From: Reclinomonas americana ATCC 50394
Lineage: Eukaryota
Direction: 5' to 3'
Assembly (NCBI GenBank): GCA_048213135.1
Contig: PS015335.1
Coordinates: forward strand, 1 to 39,038
Length of the DNA stretch: 39,038 nucleotides
In this document: positions 20,694 to 39,038 of the stretch, in pieces
Position numbering within the stretch: position 1 is the first letter of the stretch
Layout of the letters: each line of letters begins with the position of its first letter
Translations under genes and position numbers: made by a program
The notes under the pieces: model-generated
The model's database searches: none
What the model was told of the DNA's origin: nothing
Seen by the model: only the letters and a program-made list of their open reading frames with translations

Positions 20694-22842
20694 ATGCATG
20701 CACTTGAACAAGTGCTGGAGGAGGCACAGTCGACGGGCGCTGCTGCCGCGGCTGCTGCTGCTGCAGCCGACACTGTTGCAGTGACGCATGTGCGTCGTCT
20801 CCTCAGCACTTTTCGCACACCAGTGGCGCGTGTCGCAGATGCGGCTGCGTGGGATCAAGAGGAGCGACGAGTGAGTCACTTGCGCATTCCCTCACTCTCC
20901 CCTCGCTCCTCCTCCTCCTCCTCCTCCTCCTCCTCCTCCTCCTCCTCCTCCTCCTCCTCCTCCTCTTCCCTCTCTCACTCCTTCCTTCCCATGTGCAGCT
21001 GCAATCTGAACCCCTGGTACCTCCGCCACCCCCTCCACCTCCCTCGCTGCCAGCACCGCCCGCCTACGAGGGCCTGGCAGAGCAGGAGGTGGTGGCACAG
21101 CGTGGCGAGTTCATTGCGCGTGCGGTGAGCGAGGCGCATCGCGAGTACGTGCAGGCGCGTCTCGAGTTGCAACGCAAGTTTGACTTGTGGCGTCGCACCA
21201 CCGACGCTGGTCATCTCATCGACGAGTATCGACGAAGTGTGGCGCTGTCGGGCGCTCGTCTCGTGCAGAACGTGCATCAGACGATGATGAGTCGCAAGCG
21301 ACTGCGGCAGGTGGGGCACGTATGACAACTCCTCTCTCTCTCTCTCCCACTTGCGTGTTCTCATTGCGTGTGGGTGAGCGCAGGCCATCCCCGACGATGA
21401 TTCACGCATGCGCAAGTTCCGGAGGATCGCTGGACACGCCGATTCGGGCCGCCACAATGCGTGCCGAGTGCCGGGATGTGAACGACGGCCCATGCCGTGC
21501 ACCGACTATTGCTTCCACTGTTTTGTTGCATCCCCTCCTTGTCTGCGTCTGCTGGCACCTGTCTCACAGCCACCGTCCATGCAACAGGTATCATGGAGGA
21601 CCCGAACCAGCAGCTGTACCGGTACTGTGGCACGGCTGGCTGCCAGACGCCGGTGCCGGTGTTTTTCGACCCTCCTCTCTGCGCCGAGTGCCGCCGAGTG
21701 TTGCGTCTCTTCGATGTACAACTTCTTGCTGGCTAGCTGGCTTGCTTTCTTACCTTGTGCACAGCGTGCTGTCGAGCTCTCGTGCACCTATGCGCTCGTC
21801 GTACTCGGAGTCCGATGCGCTGATGACGCCGCATTTGCAGCCGGCGTCGGAGGAGGTGAAGCGAACGGTGAATGCCGCGGTGGCTGGTGATCGACCGGGC
21901 CTCGGCACGGTATGGATTGTGGAGCCGCGTGTGGAGACAATGGCACAACTCGCCCTGTCCGTGTATCCACGCGATCCGTTCCGACCGTCGAGCACCGCGG
22001 CACATCAGCAGCCGCTGCAGAGCTTGTCGCTTGGCAAAACTTCCCTGGCGACGGTGGTCGGACAACTCCAACGCGAGGCCGAGACCGAGGCCAAGGTGCG
22101 CGCGGAACAGATGCGCGCCTCCCAGCAGCAGACCAGTATCAGGCAGCGCCAGCTGCTCGGCGAGCTCCAACTCAAACACCCAGTGGGTGTGCCGTATGCA
22201 GGCGGCGGTGGAGCAGGCGCAGGTGCGATTTGATTTTTTGTTGTTGTTGTTTCTGCTGTTGCGACGATTCTGACATGGACTGCAGCGAGGGGAGCAGGTA
22301 CGCGGGCGCGGCGAGCGCCTCGGCGGGCCGTGGCAGATGACGACGACGACAGCGATGGTGGCGATATGATTGTGGGCGGAGCTCTGTCGGCCGACCGCTC
22401 ACATCGGCGGCGGCGCAACTCCAATCGACTTGACTACTCCAAGCTGCTCGCCGGCGACGGCGCCGACGGTCTGGATGAGGGGGGCCGAGTCGGCGACGAT
22501 GACGATCCGGAGTTTTCACTGGACAGGTCAGTTTGCGTGTGTGTATGTCTGTGTGCGAGATACGTAGCCCAACCAAGATAATGCTGCAGAGCCTCCGAGT
22601 ACCGCTCGTCCACCACCACCTCGATGCGTCCCACACCAACTGTCGTCCATGTACCTGCTCCTCCTCCACCACCACCACTACAGCGAGGCGCACCACGCCA
22701 GCCGCTGTTGCTGCTGCCGACCATGACATCGGAGATGCTCTCGGCGGCATCCTCTGCCGCTCCGTCGTCCGGCCTGTCGCCTTCAGTGGTCGATCCACTG
22801 CTCGGCGAGAGCTCGCCACTCCTGCCCCTGGCCTCCGCGTAG
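20694..22842 (+). CDS. KANSL2/INO80D-like protein with a zf-C3Hc3H-type zinc-finger domain
   Basis: GCCACCATG start and a coiled-coil region, then CRVPGCERRPMPCTDYCFH|CIMEDPNQQLYRYCGTAGCQTPVPVFFDPPLCAEC. Low-complexity C-terminus with TAG at 22840-22842. Confidence 0.65.
20906..20966. repeat. (CCT)n microsatellite, intronic
   Basis: About 19 perfect CCT units. Confidence 0.9.
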
Positions 22843-23202
22843 TTGCGTCCACAACTATAGTGCCATAACAGAGTGCTCTCGCTGACTCGAGATACAGTGC
22901 ACCACCCAGTGCCATATGGCACGAGAATGGTGTGCCCAGTGGAGAGAGCTCTCCGGCGTTGCAGTTGTCTGGTGCCTCTGCCACCATGGGCGGCGCTGCG
23001 TCACGTCACGTGCCGTCTCTCGAAGACATGCTCAGCTTGGGCGAGTAGCAGTGAAACACTAACGTGGTCGAAATATGGGCGAAAAAAACCTCGTTAATGT
23101 GTTTCACTCATCGGTGCAATATTTTTCAGCGAGTCCATATACTCTGTGCGTGGGTGTTGAGCGCGCGCCCTCGCACGCGGTGTGCGTCTCCAGGCGATCA
23201 CA

Positions 23203-26200
23203 TCAGTACATGAACCGAGAGTGTGCCGTGTCAAGCACGTCGGTTCCGTCGCCGAAACGGTCAATCATCGACTGCACCATGCCGGCTGGCGTGGCCGGGT
23301 AGTTGACCAACTCGGCGTCACCGCGAGCATTCAGGCGAGTGTTGGGCTGTACAAACACACGACGCGGCTTGCGCTGCGCCAGTACAATCCGTCGCAGGTC
23401 GGCAAACTGTGGTGGCACACTGGTGACCTCGTCGTACAGCGCCTTGGCACTGTCAAAGTCGCCAATGCACTTGTAAATGTGCAGGCGTGCGAGGAAGTCG
23501 CCGACAGCTGGTCGGCCGACCTACGATGGAAACAAAGAAGACACTTTGTCAGGCAAAACTGCCACTCTGTGACTATAACAATGATCATCAAAATGCGGGC
23601 ACGCACCGAGATGATCTTTTCGCGGTCCAGCTCAATGGTGACATCGTTGCCGACTTGCGTAATGGTGACAAAGTCCTCGCCGGCGTTGAGCAGAATGCGC
23701 AGAATACCAAAGCGCGCTTGCATGTGCGCCTGGTTCCAGTTGTTGGTGGCTGGGTCGTAGAACTCCAGGGCCATCATACCCGCTCGCGCCATGATCATCC
23801 AGTTCACGTAGAAAATGTCCTCGGCCTCCTCACCCTCGTGGCCAAAGATCCGCAGAATCTCCTGCTCCACGCACAAGTAGATACCGACGCACTCGGCGCG
23901 GCACTCCTCGTACGAAGAGGAGATCACCGGGAACTTGGAGCTCCACGTCTCTGTGCGCACCGGAAAACCAGTGTTGGCGCACAGGCGACGGCAATCAATG
24001 CTGCATACACAACTACACACTCTCGCTGACTAACCTCCTTTCCGGTAGTAGCTGCGAATCGGCTCATCGGTGAACGGGTTGATGACAGTGCTGGCGTCGA
24101 AATTCAGCGACCCATCCTCGGTCTCGCACAGCAGCTTGCCAGTGCCGTGGCCCAACAGCTCATGCAGGCCCACCTGCACCTCGAATGCCTGCCACGAAAA
24201 ATGGATGAGTCTCACTGTCTCTCCCCATCTTCCCTGCGAGTTGTTTACCTGGCCGGCATACTGCTGGAAGAGCACCTGATCGTCCTCCTTGAGGAAGGTG
24301 ACACGCTCGCGGGTGTTGAAGCTGGAGGCGAGCACGTTGCCGAGTGCCACGTTCTTGAAGCCAAGCGTCTGTCGCACGTCGTCGTAGTTGGGCAGGTTGA
24401 TGCCCGACGGGAGGCCGGACGAGGCAAAGGTGAGCACCTCCAGCGACGTGAAGTCGGGCTTGGTGAACGTCTCCTTTTCGAACTCACGACCCCTGTACTC
24501 ACACCGCTTCAACACGCCGCCATTGCTCGCGTGCACACCCCTGCCACAACGTACCACGGCAGCAGCGGGATGAAGCGCTCAGCCGAGGCCACCAGCGCGC
24601 CAAACTTTTGGCTGACAACCTTGTTGACGACCGACACCATGCCCTCAAACTCGCCGCGCACCTGCAAACGCAACAAATAAGCGAACTGCGCAAGGCGAAG
24701 ACCTGCCTTGCGTCAATACGTGGTCGCGCAACTGCCAGCGGATCGCGGTACGACTCGATGAAACCAATGGTGGTCTCCACCGCTGGACCCACATCCTTGA
24801 TCCAGAAGCGCTGCGCATCCTTGTGCTTCTCCACGTCGCCACCCTCAAAGTGCTCAATGTACTTTTCAATCATGGCCTTCTCGTAGTCGTTGGCTGTGCG
24901 TGTGACACACACGTCAGCAAGCAAGATGAAGAAACTGCGCTTGTGCTGGTGCGACAAACCCGCATACTGCTGCGCCTGCTTCATGTGCTCGACCACCTTG
25001 GACAGCATCGGCGAATGATCGCCCCACAGGATCATGATGCGCACACCCTCATACATGTGCATGCGCGAGTCCGATGAGCGGGCCGACGCCACGTGAATGC
25101 AGTACGACATGCCCTCCAGCTCCGGATCGTGCTTCGACACGCGGGTGTTGTAGGCGCTCATGTTCTGCTCCTCCAGGAACTTTTGAATGAACTGCGCATC
25201 CTCCTGGAAGCAGTCGGCCGAGTAGTAGGTGGAGATGCCGTTCTCGCCGAAACCTACACCGACGACAATCGTGAGAAGAGTTGGCCAAGAGACACATCTC
25301 CTTTCCCACTCACCGAGGCGGAGCTCGTACGGATCCAGAGAGTACATGCGATCCTTGCAGTCGTACCACAGAGTCGACACCAGCTGGTTGCCGCGCAGCT
25401 CAATCATCTTCTCCACGCGATCGGGCGCCACCGACGGGATGAACTTGACGTCGCCAAACGACTTGTAGTTGCCCATGTTGCCGAGGAAGGTGGCCGCATA
25501 GCGCAAGAACGCGTCAAACTCCTCCTCTGTCAGATCCTGCACATGGAAAAAGCAAGTCAGCGACCACAAGCGCAGTTGGCACAGTCGGCAGCGGCCGGTC
25601 GCAACTCCACGACGAGTGCATCGCACGCGCAAGTCCTCCACGCCCTCGCTGTAGAGCGCCAGAATGAGCGCAAAGATCACCGGTGACTCGGGAGACGTCT
25701 GGAACAGGCAGATCTTGCTGCCTTCCCACGCCGCCTGCAGTTCATCACATCACCATCAGAGAAGAGAGAGAGAGATGGGCACGATAAACGAACTTGAACT
25801 CACCTGCGAAAAGTGATGCGCGTACAGCTTCTCTTGCTGTTGACAACACAACGCGCACACACATAGTGAGTATCCTCTCGCCCACAAGCAGCGCGACAGG
25901 CACCCAGAGAGAACACGATTTTTTGGGTTGGGCGGGAGAGTGCGTGTGAACGGTTGGTGTTGATGGCACACGAAATGTCCACGACTCACACGACACGCAC
26001 ACACGCGCCACGATCACGCTCATGATACACACACACACACACAGAGACAGCGAGAGGGAGAGAGAGAAAGCAAGTGCAACATGCAACTCTGTCTGTCTAT
26101 CTGCGTGCATGTGTGCGTGCACGAGTGAATCGCACTTTCATGTGCGCGTGTGTGAGATGGAGAGATGGAGAGTGAGACGCAACTCTGGTCAGCGTGTTGA

Positions 26201-26412
26201 ACGCCGCCGTGCATTCGAGAAGCGTGACCTGCTGGTCGGGCGACACTTCGTATTCGTGTGGATTGATCTCCATCTGCAACGAAAGAGCGAGGAGAAGAGA
26301 GAAAGAGGAGAAGAGAGCGTGCTCCATCAGTGAGAGTCCAACGTCGACGCTTGTACACGCCACGCACCTGCGCTGAGTTGGGGTTTTTCGTCGACGCAGA
26401 GTTGTCAATCAT
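23203..26412 (-). CDS. DPP3: Dipeptidyl-peptidase III (peptidase family M49)
   Basis: [70 protein letters not shown] and [10 protein letters not shown]. The start is either 26412 (short first exon [15 protein letters not shown]) or 26273. Confidence 0.95.
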
Positions 26413-26513
26413 CGATCGACCGGTTTCGCATGCGTCTACAATGCGTTTTCTTCCATTTAAATTGTATGCTCCCTCTCTTTCTCCCCTTTGCACTTTCTCA
26501 CGGCATCGCCATG

Positions 26514-31758
<5,245 letters not shown>

Positions 31759-31887
31759 CACGAAACGCGGAGGAAATCACAATGTTAAAACACCGACGGG
31801 TCGACAGACATACACAGTCAGCGTTGTGTTGTTGTTACGCGACACTACCTCTTCTCCTCCTTGTGCTGCTAGCTCATCGTATACGCA

Positions 31888-32898
31888 ATGTCGGATATCA
31901 TTCGCGCGTTCATTCAAGGCGTGTCGCCTCTGCTGCCGCCTTACACTGCGGACCAGGGATGGCCGGCGTTTGCACTGTTCGCGTTTGCAGTGGCCAACGT
32001 GGTGCGACTGGCGGTGTACAACGGGCAAAAGTCGGAGGCGACTCTGTGGGCGTTTCTGCAAGTGTTGCGTCTCGCTGCGTGAAATGCATGTCGTGAGGAG
32101 GGAATCAAAAATCGTCACATAACACACACACACAGTGTGATTGCGGGAAGCACGGGTGCGACTCTGGCGCCGGTGTTGTTGGGTCGCATGCCGGCGTTGT
32201 TCACTAGCAATGCGCTGATGTTTTGGTTCATTGCCGCCTGGTGAGCATTTTGCCGCATTTCGCATGCGCTTGTTGTTGTCTCATCGCGGAGTGACGCAAG
32301 GTATCTGATCAACTTTGCGCCCGGTGACATCGTGTTCCACGTCACGCGCTCGCAGCCGTTCCGCGTCGTTGGTGGCATGCTGGTCGGCATGTTCCAGGCG
32401 CGCGCCATTGCCTCGGCCATTGATCTGTATGTGGAGATTGAGGGACGTGGCTACGTGCTGCCGTCGATTCTGTTGGGCGTCGTTGCGGGAGGCACTGGTG
32501 GGCTGATGGTGGCGGCGTTGCGCAAGCTGCGCGGGCAGGTGACGGTGTCGGATTTGACGCGCCCGTCGCCGTTGCGTTGGTATTCTTTGCTTCCTCGTGT
32601 GTTGTCTTGCGGGCATTCTCACACCCTTTCCACGCCCAGTGTGTACAAGGCGGTGATTCTGGCCAGTGTCATCTACGCGCTGCGCATGTTCTACGCCAAG
32701 CTGCTGCCGTTTATCGGCAGCTGGGAGCTCATCGAGGTCATGAGGCTGAACGCGTTGATTATGAGCTCGGCGCACCTGTGGTCGGTGCTGAATGCGCCCA
32801 ACCCGCCGCCGATCGGTGTCAAGCCAATCGTCGTTGCGCCGGTGGCACCTGCGGCGCCTGCTGTCGACGGCGCTGCCGACGGCCTCAAGCGCGACTAA
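31888..32898 (+). CDS. TMEM38: Trimeric intracellular cation channel (TRIC/TMEM38 family), 3 introns
   Basis: Multi-TM protein with VIAGSTGATLAPVLLGRMPALFTSN, W|YLINFAPGDIVF, SILLGVVAGGTGG and SDLTRPSP|VYKAVILASVIY, matching the two Gly-rich TRIC half-repeats. Confidence 0.7.
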
Positions 32899-33109
32899 TC
32901 CCTCCAATCCCTTTTCCGTGACATGCAGGAGGAGGACCTTGTCTCTATTTCTCCGTCCTTCCTCACTCGCTTTCTCGTCTTTGCCTGCCTATTCCCCCTT
33001 GCCCTGCCGCGCTTGCAAGCCTTTCCCAACGAGGTGAAATGAAAAATGGAAATGCAATGCGCTTTTTACGCCGGATGTTGCGCTGCCACGATGCGTGTGG
33101 CAGCACGTC

Positions 33110-34742
33110 TCACTGGTACTGCTGGCTGAGCCACGCCACAATGATCTCATAATACAGGTCGACCGAGTGGAAGCCGACGCTGACCTCCACATCATCTAGC
33201 GTGTACACCGGCCGGAAGAGCCGACGTTCCTGCTTCCAGTCCACCAGCGAATCGCGCTGCAAGTAGTGCAGTACCTGACCAGGCGGCAGATAACGATGGG
33301 CGGCGTCGTTGACCGGCATCGGCATCAAATCGCTCGTCGCGATGAGTGGACCCAGCAAGCGGCTGACGCTGTCCACTGTGCACAAGAGACACTGTCAGTA
33401 GGGAACACGTGGCACTGATTCACCAAGAAACACGAACTTGTCTGGCCACGCAGGCGCGCGAGGACGAGACTCTCTGGTGAGAGGTGCGGCAGCGGGTCGT
33501 CATGCAGCAACACAGTGGTCATCATGTCTTGGTAGGGCTGCGCACGCAAATGAGGTGAGTGCTTCTGTCTTCTGCCGATGGCTTCGGCTTTGTTCTGCAC
33601 GCAACAGCATCGGCCGAGGCACAGGGAGGCGGACCGAAGGCATACACATGAACGTCCACCGTGTCTTGCATGCCTGTGCACATATGTAATGGTGAGAAAC
33701 GTGCGCGGAAAGTCGTACCACCACATTACGCAGCATTCCTTGGTCATGATGCAGAGCAGCGAGGCCACCGCGCCGCCGACTCCGTGTCCACACATACACA
33801 CACGGCGACGCGAGCGAGCTGCCGTACGGATGATGCGCTGCGTCGACACGACACAGGGCATGAGCGATGAAACGGGGAGCCGCAACGGAGCAGCGCACGA
33901 ACCTCCAGACGACTCCAAAAGTACTTGGCACGCAGCCACAGTCCCGACGGATAGTAGGGGCCTGTGTCGCACGCACTCGTTTGTTGGGTTCCCTTGCAAC
34001 GCACAAACACACATTGCACGACATTCTACAAAACGAACCTGGGTCGCCTTGGCCGGGATACGGGTCGTACGGCGCACAGCGTGACAGCAGCTCCTTGGCG
34101 CACTCGCCGTAGGAGCGCGACTCTGGAATCACGATGAAGAGTGCGTTGATCGCATCAACGTTCTCCACCATGCACTCCACCTCGCTCGGCAAGCGTGGCC
34201 CTGCGTCTTGCTGCTGGCACACGCGCGCGAGTGTGATGGCGGTGAGCAGTTCGTCCTGCATGCACCATCATGCGCGGGGGTGAGCAGCCAGACACGATAC
34301 GACAGTATACAGAACCAAGACGCAAGCAGCGCACATGTGGCAGCGCGACGAGATCGGTCGACACGGGCGCCACGTCGGCCAGTCGCCACCACAACACCTT
34401 GTTGAGGCGTTGCTGCAGGCTCTCGGCCTCGGTTGTCACATCCGTGTGCTTGGCGGGTATGCGGATGGGAGCCCAAAATGTGGCACCCGGCTGTGCACAG
34501 CAAAGTGAGAAACAGTCGAGCTCAACAAGGAAGTGTGTCTCGTCGCTGCGCAACATCGCCATTGGCGTGGAACCAGATGCGCGAATCTCGTTCACCAATG
34601 ACCAGCGCCGGTCCGAGTGGCGTCTGCATCAATGCTCACGGTTCAGAGAACAGCCCCGTGCCGTCCGTTCACCCAGCACGCAACATCAACAGTGGTGAAC
34701 GACTCGGGAATGCGACGGAACACGGCCAGTTGCCGGTCGAAT
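33110..34742 (-). CDS. Class 3 lipase-like (diacylglycerol-lipase-like) C-terminal region lacking the catalytic Ser
   Basis: RVCMCGHGVGGAVASLL (GHSxGG elbow with Gly in place of Ser), MMTTVLLHDDPLPHLSPESL, YLPPGQVLHY and FHSVDLY. TGA at 33110-33112. Continues into the gap. Confidence 0.6.
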
Positions 34743-35501
34743 NNNNNNNNNNNNNNNNNNNNNNNNNNNNNNNNNNNNNNNNNNNNNNNNNNNNNNNNNN
34801 NNNNNNNNNNNNNNNNNNNNNNNNNNNNNNNNNNNNNNNNNNNNNNNNNNNNNNNNNNNNNNNNNNNNNNNNNNNNNNNNNNNNNNNNNNNNNNNNNNNN
34901 NNNNNNNNNNNNNNNNNNNNNNNNNNNNNNNNNNNNNNNNNNNNNNNNNNNNNNNNNNNNNNNNNNNNNNNNNNNNNNNNNNNNNNNNNNNNNNNNNNNN
35001 NNNNNNNNNNNNNNNNNNNNNNNNNNNNNNNNNNNNNNNNNNNNNNNNNNNNNNNNNNNNNNNNNNNNNNNNNNNNNNNNNNNNNNNNNNNNNNNNNNNN
35101 NNNNNNNNNNNNNNNNNNNNNNNNNNNNNNNNNNNNNNNNNNNNNNNNNNNNNNNNNNNNNNNNNNNNNNNNNNNNNNNNNNNNNNNNNNNNNNNNNNNN
35201 NNNNNNNNNNNNNNNNNNNNNNNNNNNNNNNNNNNNNNNNNNNNNNNNNNNNNNNNNNNNNNNNNNNNNNNNNNNNNNNNNNNNNNNNNNNNNNNNNNNN
35301 NNNNNNNNNNNNNNNNNNNNNNNNNNNNNNNNNNNNNNNNNNNNNNNNNNNNNNNNNNNNNNNNNNNNNNNNNNNNNNNNNNNNNNNNNNNNNNNNNNNN
35401 NNNNNNNNNNNNNNNNNNNNNNNNNNNNNNNNNNNNNNNNNNNNNNNNNNNNNNNNNNNNNNNNNNNNNNNNNNNNNNNNNNNNNNNNNNNNNNNNNNNN
35501 N

Positions 35502-36237
35502 GTCAGCCAGTGGAATCGCTCCTGATCAGCGGCGAGCTCCACGCGGTCGAATGCCGGGTACATGGTGACCACGCCGACCTGCGCCGCACTGCTGCTGCTG
35601 ATCGACATTTTCGACGGGATGACCACCTCCTCGGACGGATGCCCGTCTGTCATGCAAAGTGAGTATTACGTAAAACACAGGCCCGCCGGTGAATCGGTGC
35701 ACGTGCAACTCACCGTGCCCTGGGCCCATCACCAGACAGATCTTGGGGCCCCACACCGAGTGCACAGGATGCGGCAACTCTCGCCCGACAACCGTCGCAA
35801 AGCGCGGCACCGAGGCCGACGACGACGGCGATCCCACACGCGGAGTCGGCGACGAGGGCGACGAGCGTCGCGGTGAGATGATTGCATCCAGCGGCGACTC
35901 AGCGGCGCTGCTGCTGCTCCCTTCGCCGTCCGTCGTGGCGTTGCTGAGCAGCACCAACACATCGCCGAGCTTGAGCTGCCAGAGGCGCTGCACAAGGAAG
36001 CCCCGTGCATCTTCCATCATTGCTCGTCCGTTGCGCGGCACTAAGCTGCTCTGGTGCTGCAGAGGGAGTGGAGGGCGAGCTGGCGTGCAGTGCCTCGGTG
36101 GCCTCGGGCGCCCAGCGCATGAGTGGAACCGCGGCGGGTGCCCACGCCTGCGCCTCGCTCTGCATGACATATGACTCGGGTTCCAGTCGCGTGGAGGACC
36201 ACAAGCTGACAGAGACGGGTGCCTCTGCGGGCACCGA
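35502..36237 (-). CDS. Hypothetical protein exons between gaps, probably the middle of the ankyrin-like/lipase-like gene
   Basis: Long minus-strand reading frames (..MMEDARGFLVQRLWQLKLGDVLVLLSN.. and ..VVTMYPAFDRVELAADQERFHW), same strand as the flanking segments. Confidence 0.4.
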
Positions 36238-37150
36238 NNNNNNNNNNNNNNNNNNNNNNNNNNNNNNNNNNNNNNNNNNNNNNNNNNNNNNNNNNNNNNN
36301 NNNNNNNNNNNNNNNNNNNNNNNNNNNNNNNNNNNNNNNNNNNNNNNNNNNNNNNNNNNNNNNNNNNNNNNNNNNNNNNNNNNNNNNNNNNNNNNNNNNN
36401 NNNNNNNNNNNNNNNNNNNNNNNNNNNNNNNNNNNNNNNNNNNNNNNNNNNNNNNNNNNNNNNNNNNNNNNNNNNNNNNNNNNNNNNNNNNNNNNNNNNN
36501 NNNNNNNNNNNNNNNNNNNNNNNNNNNNNNNNNNNNNNNNNNNNNNNNNNNNNNNNNNNNNNNNNNNNNNNNNNNNNNNNNNNNNNNNNNNNNNNNNNNN
36601 NNNNNNNNNNNNNNNNNNNNNNNNNNNNNNNNNNNNNNNNNNNNNNNNNNNNNNNNNNNNNNNNNNNNNNNNNNNNNNNNNNNNNNNNNNNNNNNNNNNN
36701 NNNNNNNNNNNNNNNNNNNNNNNNNNNNNNNNNNNNNNNNNNNNNNNNNNNNNNNNNNNNNNNNNNNNNNNNNNNNNNNNNNNNNNNNNNNNNNNNNNNN
36801 NNNNNNNNNNNNNNNNNNNNNNNNNNNNNNNNNNNNNNNNNNNNNNNNNNNNNNNNNNNNNNNNNNNNNNNNNNNNNNNNNNNNNNNNNNNNNNNNNNNN
36901 NNNNNNNNNNNNNNNNNNNNNNNNNNNNNNNNNNNNNNNNNNNNNNNNNNNNNNNNNNNNNNNNNNNNNNNNNNNNNNNNNNNNNNNNNNNNNNNNNNNN
37001 NNNNNNNNNNNNNNNNNNNNNNNNNNNNNNNNNNNNNNNNNNNNNNNNNNNNNNNNNNNNNNNNNNNNNNNNNNNNNNNNNNNNNNNNNNNNNNNNNNNN
37101 NNNNNNNNNNNNNNNNNNNNNNNNNNNNNNNNNNNNNNNNNNNNNNNNNN

Positions 37151-38628
37151 CAACATATGAACATGGCGAGGATTCACAATAAGAGGAATGTGCACAGGTG
37201 TCTGTGCGTACCTTGTGAGTGTACGGTGCCAGCAAATCGGCGCATTCCACCGATGCAAGTTCGAGCGGCGCATATCCTTGATTGTCGTCAACGTTGCACT
37301 ATGCAACATTATATTAGGGAAGACAAAGTTTCAACGCCGACAGCACGCACGCCACCACTTACCAACTCGCCGAACTGCCTCTCATCAATCTGCTTCAACG
37401 CGTGCAGCATACGCAACTGTGGAGATGGGGACGATCCAGCGACAGCAGCACTTGCGGCGACAGTGTCCTGAGAATCGTCGAATCGTTCCATCAACGACCT
37501 GCACAGGACCGTGAGCAGCGCACCTGATAACCATGTTGCCAACACAGACATTTTACCGTTCCTCGACAATGCAGTGTATCACGTTGGCACCAGCATCGTT
37601 CCTGTGTGCCAGATACGCAGCCACAGTGCCGAACATATTGCGATCACTGTCAGTCAGTCGCCGTGCCATTGCCTCGAACAGTTTTGGCAACTTGTAGAGT
37701 GCAGTCTGCACAAACAGGCAAGTGAGCCCAACGCGAACTACGTTCTCTGCAAGCACATCACTCGGCTCACCAACTGCAGCAGTGAGTTGCCGTCGCTCTC
37801 GTCAATCATGTACAAGCTCGTTCCCATCTGCGTGCATTCGAGGGCTGCCTCCTCGTTGCCAGTGCGCTGCGCGACACAAACGACACGTCAACATTCGAGC
37901 ATGAGCATTCTGGGAGCACGGTATGCACGAAACAATGGCCTCGTTGATTGTTCTGTCGGCATCACCACCAAGCGACAGCATCTCGTGGACAAGCTGATGA
38001 GGCAAGAGCTCGAGTGAGAGTCGTACCACAAAACAGGGGAAGCAGAGCAGGCACTCACGTTTTTGTTGTTCCGCATGACGATGCGGTGCAGCAACGGTTC
38101 GCCGTTGCGAACGCAACTGTGCAGCATTCTGCGCTTGTTGATCAGCGCGCTGCAAGTGCGAGAGCACGAGTTGTCAGACGAATAAGATAATCAAGAGCGC
38201 AATCACAAGAGAAGAGTGACGTAACCGGAGCACTTTCCTCGCACGGCCGATACTCTCCAAGTCCGCCGCCATGAATGCGGCCTCGACTTGCAGCGTCTCG
38301 TCGTCGCCGACCTTATCAATCACATTCTGGTCACAAAAAAGAGACTTTTCAGTTGCCGACCAGACAACAATATCATCGTCAACATCATCGCTCGCATGCT
38401 CGCCTGCACATCCAGATTCGCGCCCTTTACAGCCACGCGCACAGGTCCCAACACAGGATCGTCCTCGCGAAGTCCAGGTGATTGCGGGATCCGCGTGTCA
38501 ATTGGTATGCTATCCAGTGGTGAGCCTTGGACAGCAGGCGCAAGATGAAACAGTGGCGATAACGGCCCTCGAGTTCCTGGCGAACCAGCAGCACTAGCGG
38601 CAGCAGATGGGCCTTTCTTTCCCGACAT
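37151..38628 (-). CDS. Hypothetical protein with degenerate ankyrin-like repeats (5' part)
   Basis: ATG at 38628 (MSGKKGPS). Exon segments include RNGEPLLHRIVMRNN, DESDGNSLLQLV and HRNDAGANVIHCIVE, which resemble ankyrin G-x-T-x-L-H repeats. Confidence 0.4.
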
Positions 38629-38937
38629 GTGCGTGTGTTTCGTGAAAATCGGGCGAGTGCCGTCACAGGACGACAGACACGTCGCGGTGTTTGCGTCACT
38701 CTATTTCCCATCACACTGGTGCTGCTCATCGGTGCAGCAAGTGGTAGCGCACAAGGCGAGTCCTTGACAAAGAACAGAAGAGCAGGCGAGTCAAGGAGCA
38801 AAGTGTCCCGCACGTCGCGCATTTTGCCAAAATCGTCAAATGTTGGCCGCGTTACGCAAGCTGCGCTCTCCCGAGTCGCCGCCTGCTCCGCCCGCAGCGT
38901 CAGCAGCAGCACCAGTGACACCCGTGGTATGCACATG

Positions 38938-38940
<3 letters not shown>

Positions 38941-38970
<30 letters not shown>
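38941..38970. repeat. (CA)n microsatellite; other (AG)n tracts at about 854-882, 6043-6064, 8159-8184 and 9197-9222
   Basis: Perfect dinucleotide runs, mostly intronic. Confidence 0.9.
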
Positions 38971-38972
<2 letters not shown>

Positions 38973-39038
38973 GACACTGTCTCTGACTCATTTCTCCGGG
39001 TGCAGGCTGCCTCGTCTTCTTCTTCTTCTTCTTCTTCA

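Noticed and set aside
34433-37471. Very long ORFs in the track (e.g. 574 aa, 488 aa)
   Set aside because: Artefacts of reading through N gaps.
38660-39038. Possible 3' exons of another minus-strand gene (poly-Glu from (CTT)n)
   Set aside because: No recognisable motif and an ambiguous frame at the window edge, so there is not enough support to call a feature.

Overview
This window is gene-dense, intron-rich eukaryotic (protist-like) DNA from a gapped draft assembly, with N-gaps at about 637-724, 8312-9092, 12323-12342, 12914-12941, 14680-14946, 34743-35501 and 36238-37150. Most six-frame ORFs are exon fragments or shadow ORFs, so I spliced the genes by hand. In order they are: MDP-1 phosphatase (split over a mis-oriented contig), an RGG-rich protein tail, an intronless cupin-like gene, Exo84/EXOC8, a GT77-like glycosyltransferase, UFSP2, the PP4 catalytic subunit, a Man1/Src1-type inner nuclear membrane protein, tRNA-Glu(CTC), a RING fused to a DHU1-like WD40 propeller, a KANSL2/INO80D-like zinc-finger protein, dipeptidyl-peptidase III, a PDI-like protein with six CxxC thioredoxin domains, a TRIC/TMEM38 channel, and an ankyrin-like plus pseudo-lipase locus. 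The most striking window-wide signal is in splicing. At least 20 introns in 9 genes start with GTTGCG(T), the ordinary GTGCGT donor shifted by one inserted T, and a paralogous intron pair shows both forms side by side. The organism cannot be identified from the sequence, and all family calls are by eye without database searches.
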